From positions 124,001-188,000 of the IMG/VR virus record IMGVR_UViG_3300032046_000001: a DNA stretch of 64,000 nt; one strand, given 5' to 3'. The notes below the pieces were generated by a model that was given only the letters and a program-made list of their open reading frames with translations, did not search any database and was not told the origin of the DNA. Numbering within the stretch: position 1 is the stretch's first letter; each line of letters starts with the position of its first letter. The translations under genes and the position numbers were made by a program. Positions 1 to 9,558 of this stretch are shown here, piece by piece.

Positions 1-1
1 T

Positions 2-1075
2 CGACAGAAAACATATAAAGTTTTAGCCAATGCTCTTTATGGTATTTTAGGAACTAATATTTATAGATTCTTTAATCTTGATATGGCATCTTCGATTACA
101 CTATCAGGACAAGAAGTTATTAAAAATTCAATTTTACATGTTGATAAGTATATGGATAATTTAAAGAGAGGAATTAAAGAAGATGTTGATATCACAATAT
201 CAAAAGAAAATGTCTACACTGATTGGATGGATGTGAAATTGAAATATATCATTACAAGCGATACCGATTCGATATTAGCGACATTATCAAAATTTATAAA
301 AAGTAAAGATTATGAAACATCAATTCAAGAAATGACAGATATCTGTTCGAGTATTCAAAATTTTATAAACAATCAAGTTGTTTCAAGAATAATAAATAGA
401 CATAATGTTCCAATTGATAAAAATCGATTAAAAATTAAAAATGAATTGATGTGTTCGAGAGGTTTATTTGTTAGCAAGAAACACTACGCACTCTATGTAA
501 TATTTCAAGAGAATAAACGTGTTGATGAAATGACAATTACTGGATTAGAAATAAAACGTCGTGATTTTTCATCATATACAAAAGATTGTATGAAAGAACT
601 TCTTGATATTATTTTAAAATCTGAAAAAATATCATTTAATCAAATTATGTCATATGTCAAGGAGAAAGAATATGAATTCATTAAAAGAATTCGATGTGGT
701 GATAAAACTGTTGCAAGACCAAGTGGTTGGAAGAAAAAATTAGATGAATATAAAGTTATTCCTCAAGGAATTTACGCAATGATGAACTGGAACGATTTAT
801 TATATAATTCATTCGAATGTGGTGTTCGTGGATATTTATTTAAAATTAATGGCATAGATATTTCAAAGACACCAAAGAATGTTATTGAGAATTATAATAA
901 AATATTTGTATCTGGTGGTAAAACTTTAGAAACCATATGTGTACCGGATGAAGAATCCAGACTTCCTGAATATTTTATCCCAGATATGAAAGAGATGTTA
1001 AAGTTTCACTGGATTGATCGTTACAGTCAGTTATTAGCACCAATTATTAAACCAGTTGAATTAGTAAAAATTTAA
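2..1075 (+). CDS. Family B DNA polymerase, C-terminal part (5' truncated by window)
   Basis: Frame is open from nt 2 (RQKTYKVLANALYG = motif B KxxxNxxYG) into the 83..1075 ORF, with SDTDS (motif C), KKHYA and GLEIKR motifs. Confidence 0.93.
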   Translation, partial: RQKTYKVLANALYGILGTNIYRFFNLDMASSITLSGQEVIKNSILHVDKYMDNLKRGIKEDVDITISKENVYTDWMDVKLKYIITSDTDSILATLSKFIKSKDYETSIQEMTDICSSIQNFINNQVVSRIINRHNVPIDKNRLKIKNELMCSRGLFVSKKHYALYVIFQENKRVDEMTITGLEIKRRDFSSYTKDCMKELLDIILKSEKISFNQIMSYVKEKEYEFIKRIRCGDKTVARPSGWKKKLDEYKVIPQGIYAMMNWNDLLYNSFECGVRGYLFKINGIDISKTPKNVIENYNKIFVSGGKTLETICVPDEESRLPEYFIPDMKEMLKFHWIDRYSQLLAPIIKPVELVKI

Positions 1076-1117
1076 TTTGATATGGAATTATTTTATCATG
1101 GATGATAACAAAATATA

Positions 1118-1202
1118 AAAGAGAGATAGAGACTTAAGCTCGAAAAGAAGTATTCCGAAACTTCCTTCTCTCTTTATTATTCATTCGGAATGATTATCGG
1201 AG
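1118..1202 (+). ncRNA. Structured leader element, copy 1 (three-way junction plus pseudoknot)
   Basis: P1 1118-26/1167-75, P2 GAG/CTC, GAAAA linker, P3 GAAGT/ACTTC; loop ATTCCGAA is complementary to TTCGGAAT (1184-91) and TCGGA (1197-1201, over the SD). Confidence 0.75.
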
Positions 1203-1210
1203 ATTATAAA

Positions 1211-1816
1211 ATGAAAATTTATGAAAATTTAGATTTACAAGATTTAGATGTAGAAGTTTGGAGAACTATAAAAGAATACCCAGATTATTCTATTAGTAAT
1301 TTAGGAAGGGTTAAATCATTAAAATTTGGAAAAGAAAGAGTATTAAAACAAGGTAAAAATAGTAGAAAATATTTTTGTGTTGTTTTATCTAAAAATAAAA
1401 ATAAAAAAACAAAATTAGTTCATATACTTGTTTTTGAAATTTATAATAATTACAAATTAAAATCAAATGAGTGTATTCATCACAAAGATGGGAATAAAGA
1501 AAATAATTATTATAAAAATTTAGAAAGAATGACTAAATTAGATCACTTAAGTTTACACAACAAAGGAGAAAACAATCCTATGTTTGGAAAATATTTATCT
1601 ACAAAAACAAAAATGATGATAAGTAAAAATCATTTCGATAATAAAGGTGAAAATAATCCACATCATAAACTAACAGAAGAACAAGTTATCCAGATAAAAT
1701 TATTATTAAAAGAGGGAATATTAACTCAAGAAGAAATAGCTGATATATTTGGAGTTGGTAAAATGACAATTTCAAAAATAAAGAGAGGAAAATTATGGAA
1801 ACATGTGAAAATATGA
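1211..1816 (+). mobile_element. NUMOD4-HNH homing endonuclease with C-terminal HTH
   Basis: VWRTIKEYPDYSISNLGRVKS (NUMOD4), IHHKDGNKENN (HNH), KLTEEQVIQIKLLL...TQEEIADIFGV HTH; ATG 1211 follows GGAG (track ORF starts 1190). Confidence 0.88.
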
Positions 1817-2475
1817 AAAGTGATATGTCAATAAAAGCAATTGAGTGTTTTTCAACCTATCAAGGAGAAGGGTTATTTTCAGGAAAAAGAGTTGTATTAA
1901 TAAGATTCAAAGAATGTAATCGTGATTGTTGGTATTGTGATACAAAAAATAAAATGAAATATTATGAGGAAGGTGAATATAAATTAGAAGATATTCAAAA
2001 ATTGATAGATGTTGAATGTGCCAATCTTCTCATAACAGGTGGTGAAGTAACATTTGATAAAAATTTTCATCAAACAATATTATTATCAAATAAATTAAAA
2101 TATTCCGAGATGTATATTGAAACAAATGGTTATAAATTAGAGGAACTTTATCAATATGTAAAAAATAATAAAAATATTTATTTTGTCTATTCGCCAAAGA
2201 TCTTCAATGATAAAGATCTATTTAGTGACCCAACTGATGTCTTTATGAACTTGATTGGTAGAAATTTAATTATAAAAGTTTTATATGATGGAACTAATCC
2301 CTTTGTGGAAAAATATTTAAATAAGATTACTAAATACAGAGACAGTGTTTATTTACAACCTATGGGTTCAACCAAAGAAGATATTATTAAGAATATGAAA
2401 GTTGTTCTTGAGGCTGCGGATAAATATAAGTTTAATATTTCAAGTAGATTACATCTAATTCATGATTTCAGATAG
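1813..2475 (+). CDS. queE: 7-carboxy-7-deazaguanine synthase-like radical SAM protein
   Basis: FSTYQGEG, IRFKECNRDCWYCDT (CxxxCxxC), LITGGE, IETNG, SPK, YLQP, RLH; ATGA overlap with the upstream gene. Confidence 0.85.
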   Translation: MKSDMSIKAIECFSTYQGEGLFSGKRVVLIRFKECNRDCWYCDTKNKMKYYEEGEYKLEDIQKLIDVECANLLITGGEVTFDKNFHQTILLSNKLKYSEMYIETNGYKLEELYQYVKNNKNIYFVYSPKIFNDKDLFSDPTDVFMNLIGRNLIIKVLYDGTNPFVEKYLNKITKYRDSVYLQPMGSTKEDIIKNMKVVLEAADKYKFNISSRLHLIHDFR

Positions 2476-2484
2476 GAAAAGATT

Positions 2485-2676
2485 ATGTACAATGAACAAT
2501 CAGTATGCGACGGTTTGACTATTTATGAAAACTGTAAAGGTGAATGGCCGAATCCTCAGAAATTTAAAATTAAGATTGAATCAGGAATATGTGACATATG
2601 TAATGAAGAAAAAGAAATATTAGTATTTCTTGGAAATAATATATGTGTGGAGTGTATTAAAAAGGATAGTATATGA
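2485..2676 (+). CDS. Small Cys-rich hypothetical protein
   Basis: 63-aa ORF after GGAAAAG, two CxxC pairs, ATGA-coupled to the next frame. Confidence 0.55.
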   Translation: MYNEQSVCDGLTIYENCKGEWPNPQKFKIKIESGICDICNEEKEILVFLGNNICVECIKKDSI

Positions 2677-2829
2677 AATTTGAATTAACTTGTGATATAA
2701 ACTTTGAAGCTGATGATAAATACAACGCATTTTTTATTGAGTAATCATTTCAAATGTTTATATGAAGATGAAGACGATTTATATTTAGAATTTAATGGTG
2801 ATATAAATTTAAAACGGATTGATATATGA
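2673..2829 (+). pseudogene. Frameshifted small ORF
   Basis: ATG 2673 overlaps the previous stop. The frame stops after 23 codons, but a shift at the T6 run (2730-35) continues to TGA 2827-29, which overlaps the purM ATG. Confidence 0.5.
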
Positions 2830-3917
2830 ACTATAAAGATTCTGGTGTGGACACTAAATTAGAAACTATCGGATTAGACATTTTTATTGATAATATAAAA
2901 CAATCATTCAACAATATTCCATCAGGAGTTGGTAAAGTTTTTGATGATATTGGTTATTTCGCCAATGTCATCAATCTTACTAATGATATGAGTTTAGTTG
3001 TGTCAGCCGATGGAGTTGGAACTAAAGTTTTAATTGCCCAAATGATGAATAAATATGACACAATCGGAATTGATTGTATTGCCATGAATATAAATGATAT
3101 TATTTGTCTTGGTGCAAAACCTATCAGTTTTTTGGACTATATTGCCCTACAATCACCACAACTTGAGTTGATGGAACAACTATCTGAGGGACTATTAAAA
3201 GGTGCTCAGATGGTAGGTATAACGATTCCTGGTGGTGAAACAGCACAAGTACGAGATCTTATTAAAGGTGTTCGAAATAATTTTGGTTTTGATATAGCTG
3301 GTTTTGGTATTGGTATGGTTAATCCTGAGAAAATAATTAATGGAAGTGATATTAAAATTGGAGATTCTATAATCGGAATTGAAAGTAGCGGATTACATTC
3401 TAATGGTTATTCGTTAGCACGTAAAGTTTTACTCGACTCTAACAAATATACAGTAGATAGTTATATTCCAGAACTTCAAATGACTCTTGGTGAGGAACTT
3501 TTAAAACCAACAATTATATATTCATCAATGGTTAATGAAATATTACATGAAGATATTGATGTTAAGGCACTCATAAATATTACTGGTGATGGTATGATGA
3601 ATATGGTGAGAGTCAAGAGAGATAATATTCGATTTGCGATTGATTATCTACCAGATCCACCACCTATATTTAAATTAATTCAAAAGGAAGGAAATGTTTC
3701 AGATGCTGAGATGTATAATATTTTCAATATGGGAATTGGATTTGTAACAGTTGTTAGTCACGAAGATGAAGAAAAAATAAAAGACACTATAAGTCGATTT
3801 GACTTAAAGTGTTGGAAAATTGGAAGAATTGAAAAAGCGGATATAAAGAAAGTCAATATTTTCCCCAAAAGATTGATTGGATATCGAAGAGAATTAAATG
3901 AATGGGAAGATTTTTAA
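2826..3917 (+). CDS. purM: Phosphoribosylformylglycinamidine cyclo-ligase (AIR synthetase)
   Basis: YKDSGVD, SADGVGTK, IGIDCIAMNINDI, FLDYIA, GGETA, SSGLHSNGYSL, LLKPT, NITGDG, FNMGIG. Confidence 0.95.
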   Translation: MNYKDSGVDTKLETIGLDIFIDNIKQSFNNIPSGVGKVFDDIGYFANVINLTNDMSLVVSADGVGTKVLIAQMMNKYDTIGIDCIAMNINDIICLGAKPISFLDYIALQSPQLELMEQLSEGLLKGAQMVGITIPGGETAQVRDLIKGVRNNFGFDIAGFGIGMVNPEKIINGSDIKIGDSIIGIESSGLHSNGYSLARKVLLDSNKYTVDSYIPELQMTLGEELLKPTIIYSSMVNEILHEDIDVKALINITGDGMMNMVRVKRDNIRFAIDYLPDPPPIFKLIQKEGNVSDAEMYNIFNMGIGFVTVVSHEDEEKIKDTISRFDLKCWKIGRIEKADIKKVNIFPKRLIGYRRELNEWEDF

Positions 3918-3938
3918 AATTTAAAGGAGAAATAAAAA

Positions 3939-4226
3939 ATGAGAACATTAGAAGCAGTAAAAGACAAAATTATAGTAGAGTTGGACATCCCTCTTGAGAG
4001 TAAGACAGAATCTGGTCTTTTCATTCCAGAGACAGCAGTAAACGAACCACAGAAATATGGCAAGGTTGTCTCAATAGGTGAAGAGGTTTCTTATAGAGAC
4101 AAGTTGAATATTGGTGATATTATATCTTTTCATGGACGTGCTGGTCAGGATATAATCTTAAACCGTAAGATTTTCAAGGTGCTTCTTGAAGGTGAAGTTT
4201 ATGGAATCATAAAGGAAACTAATTAA
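3939..4226 (+). CDS. groES: Co-chaperonin GroES
   Basis: 95 aa; DKIIVE, KTESGLFIPETA mobile loop, G.VVSIGE, GDII.F; SD AAGGAG. Confidence 0.9.
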   Translation: MRTLEAVKDKIIVELDIPLESKTESGLFIPETAVNEPQKYGKVVSIGEEVSYRDKLNIGDIISFHGRAGQDIILNRKIFKVLLEGEVYGIIKETN

Positions 4227-4534
4227 TGAAAGAACTAACAACTGACAATTTTAATACAATTAAGTCAGGAGTTTCTATTGTAGATTTTTGGTCGGAGTTC
4301 TGTATGCAGTGTGTAGCACTGCAACGGACTCTCGATCAATTAGAAAAACAGTATACCCAAGTTAATTTTTATTCAGCTAATGTTGGACATTTATCTGACT
4401 TGGCTGGAGATTTAAATATAACAGCACTACCTACGATAATTTTCTTAAAAGATGGTGAAGAAAAACTACGAATTTTTGGAAACAGACCCCAAAAATATAT
4501 TGAAGATGAAATTAAAAAATTATTAGGAGAATAA
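4226..4534 (+). CDS. Thioredoxin
   Basis: VDFWSEFCMQC (CxxC), ITALPTIIFLKDGEE. Confidence 0.88.
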   Translation: MKELTTDNFNTIKSGVSIVDFWSEFCMQCVALQRTLDQLEKQYTQVNFYSANVGHLSDLAGDLNITALPTIIFLKDGEEKLRIFGNRPQKYIEDEIKKLLGE

Positions 4535-4535
4535 A

Positions 4536-5051
4536 ATGAGACGAACAATACTTATTAACGGTTCTGGTGGAACTGGAAAAGATGAACTTGTAAAGATGGC
4601 AAAAGATATTTTGGACATTCCTGTTTATAATATCTCATCTATTACACCTGTTATGGAAATGGCCAAACTTATGGGATGGGATGGAACAAAAGACGACAAG
4701 TCACGAAAACTTTTAAGTGATTTGAAAGATCTTTGGATCGAATTTAATAACGGTCCAATTAATAAACTGATTCAAACAATCGATGAAATTGATGATCAGT
4801 ACAATCCTCCAGATCCATATCTCATTTTCATTCATATTCGTGAACCATATGAAATTGAAAAGTTTAAGAGTAACTATCCAGATACAGCTACCGTTATGGT
4901 AAAAAGAAGTAAAACTACAAAATACAATAATGATAGTGATCAATTTGCAGATGAATACGCATATGACTATATAATTGAAAATGATGGGACACTAAACGAA
5001 CTGAAAGATGCAGTTGAAGTACTACTTAAAGATCTGAATATTTTAAAGTAG
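4536..5051 (+). CDS. P-loop kinase, dNMP-kinase-like
   Basis: INGSGGTGKD Walker A; C-terminal YDYIIENDGTLNELK typical of phage nucleotide kinases. Confidence 0.6.
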   Translation: MRRTILINGSGGTGKDELVKMAKDILDIPVYNISSITPVMEMAKLMGWDGTKDDKSRKLLSDLKDLWIEFNNGPINKLIQTIDEIDDQYNPPDPYLIFIHIREPYEIEKFKSNYPDTATVMVKRSKTTKYNNDSDQFADEYAYDYIIENDGTLNELKDAVEVLLKDLNILK

Positions 5052-6443
5052 TTGACGAAAGGACTACAATTGTCATCAGGTTATGTCGTGGCTGGATTTG
5101 AAGTCCTAACTACTATTATTGATAATTTCATTTTTAGTCCCAATTTCAATAATAATTTTACTCAACAAGACTTAATAAATTTTTTTGAAAATAGATGTAA
5201 TAAATTTCTGCATAGTTTTGGTTGTGATTTTAAAGGCAAGAAGAGATATGATAAGTTCATCAAGAAAAAAATATCTCTTCTTGATTATTGTAGAAATTCT
5301 GGTTTTTATGGTAATTCTGAATTTATATTAGATTCGGGTGGATTCCAGTTAAGTATTGGTATCCTCAATAAAGAAGAATCAACAGACTTACAGGATTTAT
5401 ATTATAACTTTCTAAATCAATACATTAATAAATATAATCGGGCATTTATTTTTGATATGCCTCCTGGTCCGGGTTGTACTGTCTTTAAAACATTCAAAGA
5501 TGTTTATGAAGGAAATAAACAATCATATCTTAGAGCTTCTGAATTCCCACAACATGTCAGAGACAAAATCATATATATTCATCATTTTAGGACACCAAAA
5601 TTATGGGATATATATACAAAAATTTTAGATGAAAATAATTTATTTGATAAATTTAAATATCATGGTACTGGCGGTATTGTTGCCAATCTATCGACTGATT
5701 TAGCTATTCCATGTATAATATATGTTTTACCTCTAATCACCCTTCTTAATAGAACTATAAAAACAAAAAGAAATTATTTAAACTTTCATGTATTGGGTGG
5801 TGCTGGTTTTCGAGATATTTTGTTTTATGAAATGTTCCGAATTCATATTAAAGAAAAACACAATATCGAACTAAATATAACTTACGACTCATCTGGTATT
5901 TTCAAGGCATTAATGATTGCTAAGTTTATTCACATAATAAAAGATGACTCTGTGTTTAAAGTAAATATTGGAACAATGAATCTTGAAAAAAGACATAAAA
6001 ATTCAAATATTCAGATTATCGATTTATATCGTGAGGGAATAAATAAATTCTCAGATGATAATAATTTCAAACGAATTAATTTAGAAAATATTTATGATTC
6101 GACCACAGGAACTTTCTATGAAGATATTCGTTTGTATAGTATGTTGTGTGTGTTGAATAATTACTCAGAAATAACACAATATTTTCAGAATATAGTCGAG
6201 GAATTATATACACTCTATAAGAACAAACAGTATGAAGGATTTAATGAAAAAATTGAATTAATAACCAGACGACTAAATAATGAAAAAATTACAAGAAAAC
6301 AAAATGCCAAATCTGCAAGTTTAATTAAGTCTCTCGACATGTTAACAGACTTAGATGAGGAGTATTGTAAATATCTGGTTGATAAATTTTTAATGAAAGA
6401 TGAATTTACAGAATTAGAGAAAAAGAAGTTATATACGATTTAA
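5052..6443 (+). CDS. tRNA-guanine transglycosylase fold protein (DpdA/TGT-like)
   Basis: ILDSGGFQ, FDMPP, GTGG, FHVLG, TYDSS motifs in TGT order; queE-like gene 2.6 kb upstream; TTG start. Confidence 0.7.
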   Translation: MTKGLQLSSGYVVAGFEVLTTIIDNFIFSPNFNNNFTQQDLINFFENRCNKFLHSFGCDFKGKKRYDKFIKKKISLLDYCRNSGFYGNSEFILDSGGFQLSIGILNKEESTDLQDLYYNFLNQYINKYNRAFIFDMPPGPGCTVFKTFKDVYEGNKQSYLRASEFPQHVRDKIIYIHHFRTPKLWDIYTKILDENNLFDKFKYHGTGGIVANLSTDLAIPCIIYVLPLITLLNRTIKTKRNYLNFHVLGGAGFRDILFYEMFRIHIKEKHNIELNITYDSSGIFKALMIAKFIHIIKDDSVFKVNIGTMNLEKRHKNSNIQIIDLYREGINKFSDDNNFKRINLENIYDSTTGTFYEDIRLYSMLCVLNNYSEITQYFQNIVEELYTLYKNKQYEGFNEKIELITRRLNNEKITRKQNAKSASLIKSLDMLTDLDEEYCKYLVDKFLMKDEFTELEKKKLYTI

Positions 6444-6486
6444 AAAGAATAGAATGATAACATATTAATAAAAAGGAGAAATATAT

Positions 6487-7947
6487 TTGATCACTGACTC
6501 TTTTTTAAATACTTGCTTCTCAGTCATTTTCTGTCAATCAAATATTAAAAAGAATAAATCGCTATATCGAGATATTGTAGAAATTTTAAATATTGATAGT
6601 ACGATGAAAAGTATTGATATCCCCATAAGTCTAAGAAATAAAATAGAGATTTTAAATAAGATTTGTGAGATGAAATTAAATGATAAAAATGATGATAATA
6701 TTATTGATAGTCTATCTTTTAGTAATAAATACTCCCAATTAATTCCAATTCTTGAATCAAAATTAAGTGAGTGTATAAATGATAGTGATATAGTAGATCA
6801 CGTTCATCAAATAAAATTAAGAAAGAAATTAAATTCGTTACTGACAAATCAAGATAAAATAAATAAAATTTTAAATAGCGTCAAGGAGTCATCTTTTGAT
6901 TCTATTGATGATTTAATTTGTGATTATGAAGATACCATAAAACTATTATACGTTGATATGATGAATAACAATAGAAGTGCTGGTATAGAGTCAATATCAT
7001 CAATTGATTTATGTAAAGATGATTATACTCCGGTGCTATCAAAAATAATTGAAAAGTATGATGAAGTTAACACAACACCAACTGGATATGACCTATTAGA
7101 CACTCAGATATTCTATGGTGGATTTGAAAAATCTAGATTATATATTTTTGCAGGTTGTGCTGGTTCTGGAAAATCAACACTATTGTGTAATTTGATATTG
7201 AGTTCAATCAGAAAAGAATCAACTGATATATCAAAACCAAAAGTTTATGTTTATATAACCTTAGAAAATATGATTGATGAATCATTTGTTAGAATCTATC
7301 AAGCTATGTTTGATAAAACAAAAGTTGAAGTTCTTAATGATATAAATCAGGGTGTTGATATTAGAGTCCGAATTTTAAATGAATTGGAAAAAACTAATTC
7401 AAATATAATAATGAAATATTTTACACCAGGAACTATCAGTACAACTGACGTAATGATGGTATTAGATGATGTTGCTGAAGAATATGGTAAAGAAAATATA
7501 TTAGGATTATATTTAGACTATTTAGATGTTTTGAGAAATGATATAAAATATGAACGACCAGATCTTGAAATTGGTCATATGGCTTTATCTCTTAAAGCAT
7601 TAGCGGTAAATTATAATCTTCCAGTTATAACAGTGACACATCTCAATAGTTCATCATATGGACAAGATGCGGTTAAGAATTTAAGTCTTGGTCAAATGTC
7701 AAAGTCAGTTCAAAAAATAGAACATGGTGATTTTATATGTCTAATGGTAAGAGATCCGATGAATGATACAATAATCCATATGAAGATTGGTAAAAATAGA
7801 TCAGGACAGGCTAATAATATATCAATTGATTTTAAAGTCGATTTGAGTAAATCAAAATTTATTGACTGTTTTTGGCCTAATAAAAGTAATAGCCAAAATT
7901 TTACAAATGATTCATTCATTGGATATGGGGAAAATAATCTTTTTTAA
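6487..7947 (+). CDS. Replicative helicase (DnaB/T4 gp41-like)
   Basis: TPTGYDLLD, GGFEKSRLYIFAGCAGSGKS (Walker A), YITLE, LDYLD (Walker B), IGKNRSG. Confidence 0.88.
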   Translation: MITDSFLNTCFSVIFCQSNIKKNKSLYRDIVEILNIDSTMKSIDIPISLRNKIEILNKICEMKLNDKNDDNIIDSLSFSNKYSQLIPILESKLSECINDSDIVDHVHQIKLRKKLNSLLTNQDKINKILNSVKESSFDSIDDLICDYEDTIKLLYVDMMNNNRSAGIESISSIDLCKDDYTPVLSKIIEKYDEVNTTPTGYDLLDTQIFYGGFEKSRLYIFAGCAGSGKSTLLCNLILSSIRKESTDISKPKVYVYITLENMIDESFVRIYQAMFDKTKVEVLNDINQGVDIRVRILNELEKTNSNIIMKYFTPGTISTTDVMMVLDDVAEEYGKENILGLYLDYLDVLRNDIKYERPDLEIGHMALSLKALAVNYNLPVITVTHLNSSSYGQDAVKNLSLGQMSKSVQKIEHGDFICLMVRDPMNDTIIHMKIGKNRSGQANNISIDFKVDLSKSKFIDCFWPNKSNSQNFTNDSFIGYGENNLF

Positions 7948-7988
7948 AAAGTAGTGGGTTTAATTTTTTTAAATATATAAATTATATC

Positions 7989-7998
7989 GGGAACAAAA
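7989..7998 (+). promoter_or_regulatory. GGGAACAAA motif, putative plus-strand (late) promoter
   Basis: One of 7 intergenic copies, each upstream of a plus-strand gene. Confidence 0.55.
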
Positions 7999-8071
7999 TA
8001 TAAAGGATTATGGGTAATTGTGAATCACAATTATTTTTTTTTTAATTTACTAAAATTCGGAGGTTTTTCTA

Positions 8072-8875
8072 ATGAAGAAAAATTATAAGGAACTATTAAA
8101 GGAATCTATTTTAAAAGAATTTGATGCAAGTAAGATTGTTGATGTAAAAGGTCCAATGTTGGATGCTATCTTGTCTTATAGTGGTGCTGGTGAATTACCT
8201 ACACATAAAGATGCTTCATCTATTTTAGAGAGATACTACTATGGTGAAAAGTTGGATAAGGGTGTAGAAATTCATGAATCTGAAAAAGTTGAAAATGAAA
8301 TTTCTGAAGTTCCAAAAGATAGTATTGAGGCTACAAAAAATGATATAGAAGATGAAGTTGGTGGTGACGAGACTGTTGATAAAAGGGAACTTGGTGGTGA
8401 TGCTATTGAGGAAGATATCGAAATTGAAAACACTGTCATTGAGAAATTGATTGCTGAAATGGATGATGATAGTGAAAAAAAAGATGAAGATGAAGATGAA
8501 GATGAAGATAAGGGTGATGAAGGAAAAGAATTAGATGTTGATAAAAAATTAAACGAGACTGGTTCTGGTGGCGGTGTTCCAGGATTTAAAACTTCAACTG
8601 GTCATAGATTAGGTACTGGTGGTAATGTGTCTACAGATCTTGAGGAAGCATTTCAACTCTTCCAAGAACAAGTTGAAGACGAGGACGATGAAGACGACGA
8701 TGATGATGAAAAGGAAGAGAATTTAAAAGAAGCTGAAGAAAAAGATGATGAAGATGAAGACGACGATGATGATGAAAAGGAAGAGAATTTAAAAGAAGCT
8801 GAAGAAAAAGATGATGAAGATGAAGACGATGATGATGATGATGATGATCTTGAAGAATGTAAATACATGAAGTAA
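8072..8875 (+). CDS. Highly acidic protein, possible prohead core or internal protein
   Basis: D/E-rich 267 aa, SD GGAGG, upstream of portal; the role is inferred from context. Confidence 0.6.
   Translation: MKKNYKELLKESILKEFDASKIVDVKGPMLDAILSYSGAGELPTHKDASSILERYYYGEKLDKGVEIHESEKVENEISEVPKDSIEATKNDIEDEVGGDETVDKRELGGDAIEEDIEIENTVIEKLIAEMDDDSEKKDEDEDEDEDKGDEGKELDVDKKLNETGSGGGVPGFKTSTGHRLGTGGNVSTDLEEAFQLFQEQVEDEDDEDDDDDEKEENLKEAEEKDDEDEDDDDDEKEENLKEAEEKDDEDEDDDDDDDDLEECKYMK
8687..8829 (+). repeat. 66-nt in-frame tandem repeat (2 full copies plus 11 nt)
   Basis: Units start 8687, 8753, 8819; each encodes DEDDDDDEKEENLKEAEEKDDE. Confidence 0.9.
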
Positions 8876-8999
8876 TTAAATACAACTGTTTGGAAAACAT
8901 CATTCTGAAGAAAAATGAAATGGTTCAATATGGGTTAACTATATTGTCATCTACCATGTGTAGAAAGAGTAACAATATCGTCTTAGATGATATTAGCAA

Positions 9000-9029
9000 A
9001 TATGGCAAGGGATTTTTCCCTTGCCATAT
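9000..9029. terminator. 13-bp stem-loop, putative terminator
   Basis: ATATGGCAAGGGA-TTTT-TCCCTTGCCATAT, intergenic. Confidence 0.6.
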
Positions 9030-9060
9030 ACTCCATCATAACAAATAATAAAAGGAGAAT

Positions 9061-9243
9061 TTGAAAATGACTGAAAAAAAATATTTATTTAAAATTAAAA
9101 GAGCGTTATCAGAATTTATAATTATTGATGGTAGGAGAGTTAGAACACCAGTAGAGTTTATTATCCCAAAATCACAACTGGCAAAATATGAAATAAAAAT
9201 GAGACAAGAATCTATTACAGAATATGAGATTATAGAACTTTAA
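9061..9243 (+). CDS. Hypothetical protein
   Basis: 60 aa, SD AAGGAG upstream. Confidence 0.55.
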   Translation: MKMTEKKYLFKIKRALSEFIIIDGRRVRTPVEFIIPKSQLAKYEIKMRQESITEYEIIEL

Positions 9244-9265
9244 TTTTATCAAAAATAAATTATCT

Positions 9266-9275
9266 GGGAACAAAA
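9266..9275 (+). promoter_or_regulatory. GGGAACAAA motif
   Basis: Intergenic, upstream of 9313. Confidence 0.55.
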
Positions 9276-9312
9276 ATTAAAGGAAGATAATGAATAGTTT
9301 AGAGGACCAATA

Positions 9313-9555
9313 GTGAAAATTATAAAAATTTTTCATGGAAAACAACCAATTGAATTGTATGATGATGATAAGGAGTCATTAGAAGAATGTGCTAAAACTT
9401 TCTGTAATTTAATGACTTCAAACAATATAAATATACTACAAACAACATCTGGCATTTTAATTATGAGGCCGTCTAAAATAGATGGGATTTTAATATCAGA
9501 AAAGGAGAAAAATGTGAATGATTCAGATGAAGATTTTATTAGAGACGAGGAATAA
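9313..9555 (+). CDS. Hypothetical protein
   Basis: 80 aa, GAGG upstream, tiles with the next ORF. Confidence 0.6.
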   Translation: MKIIKIFHGKQPIELYDDDKESLEECAKTFCNLMTSNNINILQTTSGILIMRPSKIDGILISEKEKNVNDSDEDFIRDEE

Positions 9556-9558
9556 TCT

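Noticed and set aside
1118-1202. Leader element as a hammerhead ribozyme (three-way junction with GAAA)
   Set aside because: The CUGANGA core is missing in all six copies; only UA lies between P1 and P2.
1076-1816. HNH genes as group I intron ORFs
   Set aside because: Flanking genes (PolB, portal and others) appear to end naturally and are not resumed downstream; spacers are too short for an intron core and no P7-like motifs were seen.
8631-8928. Poly-His and poly-Ser ORFs on the minus strand
   Set aside because: Antisense shadows of the GAT/GAA repeats in the acidic protein gene.
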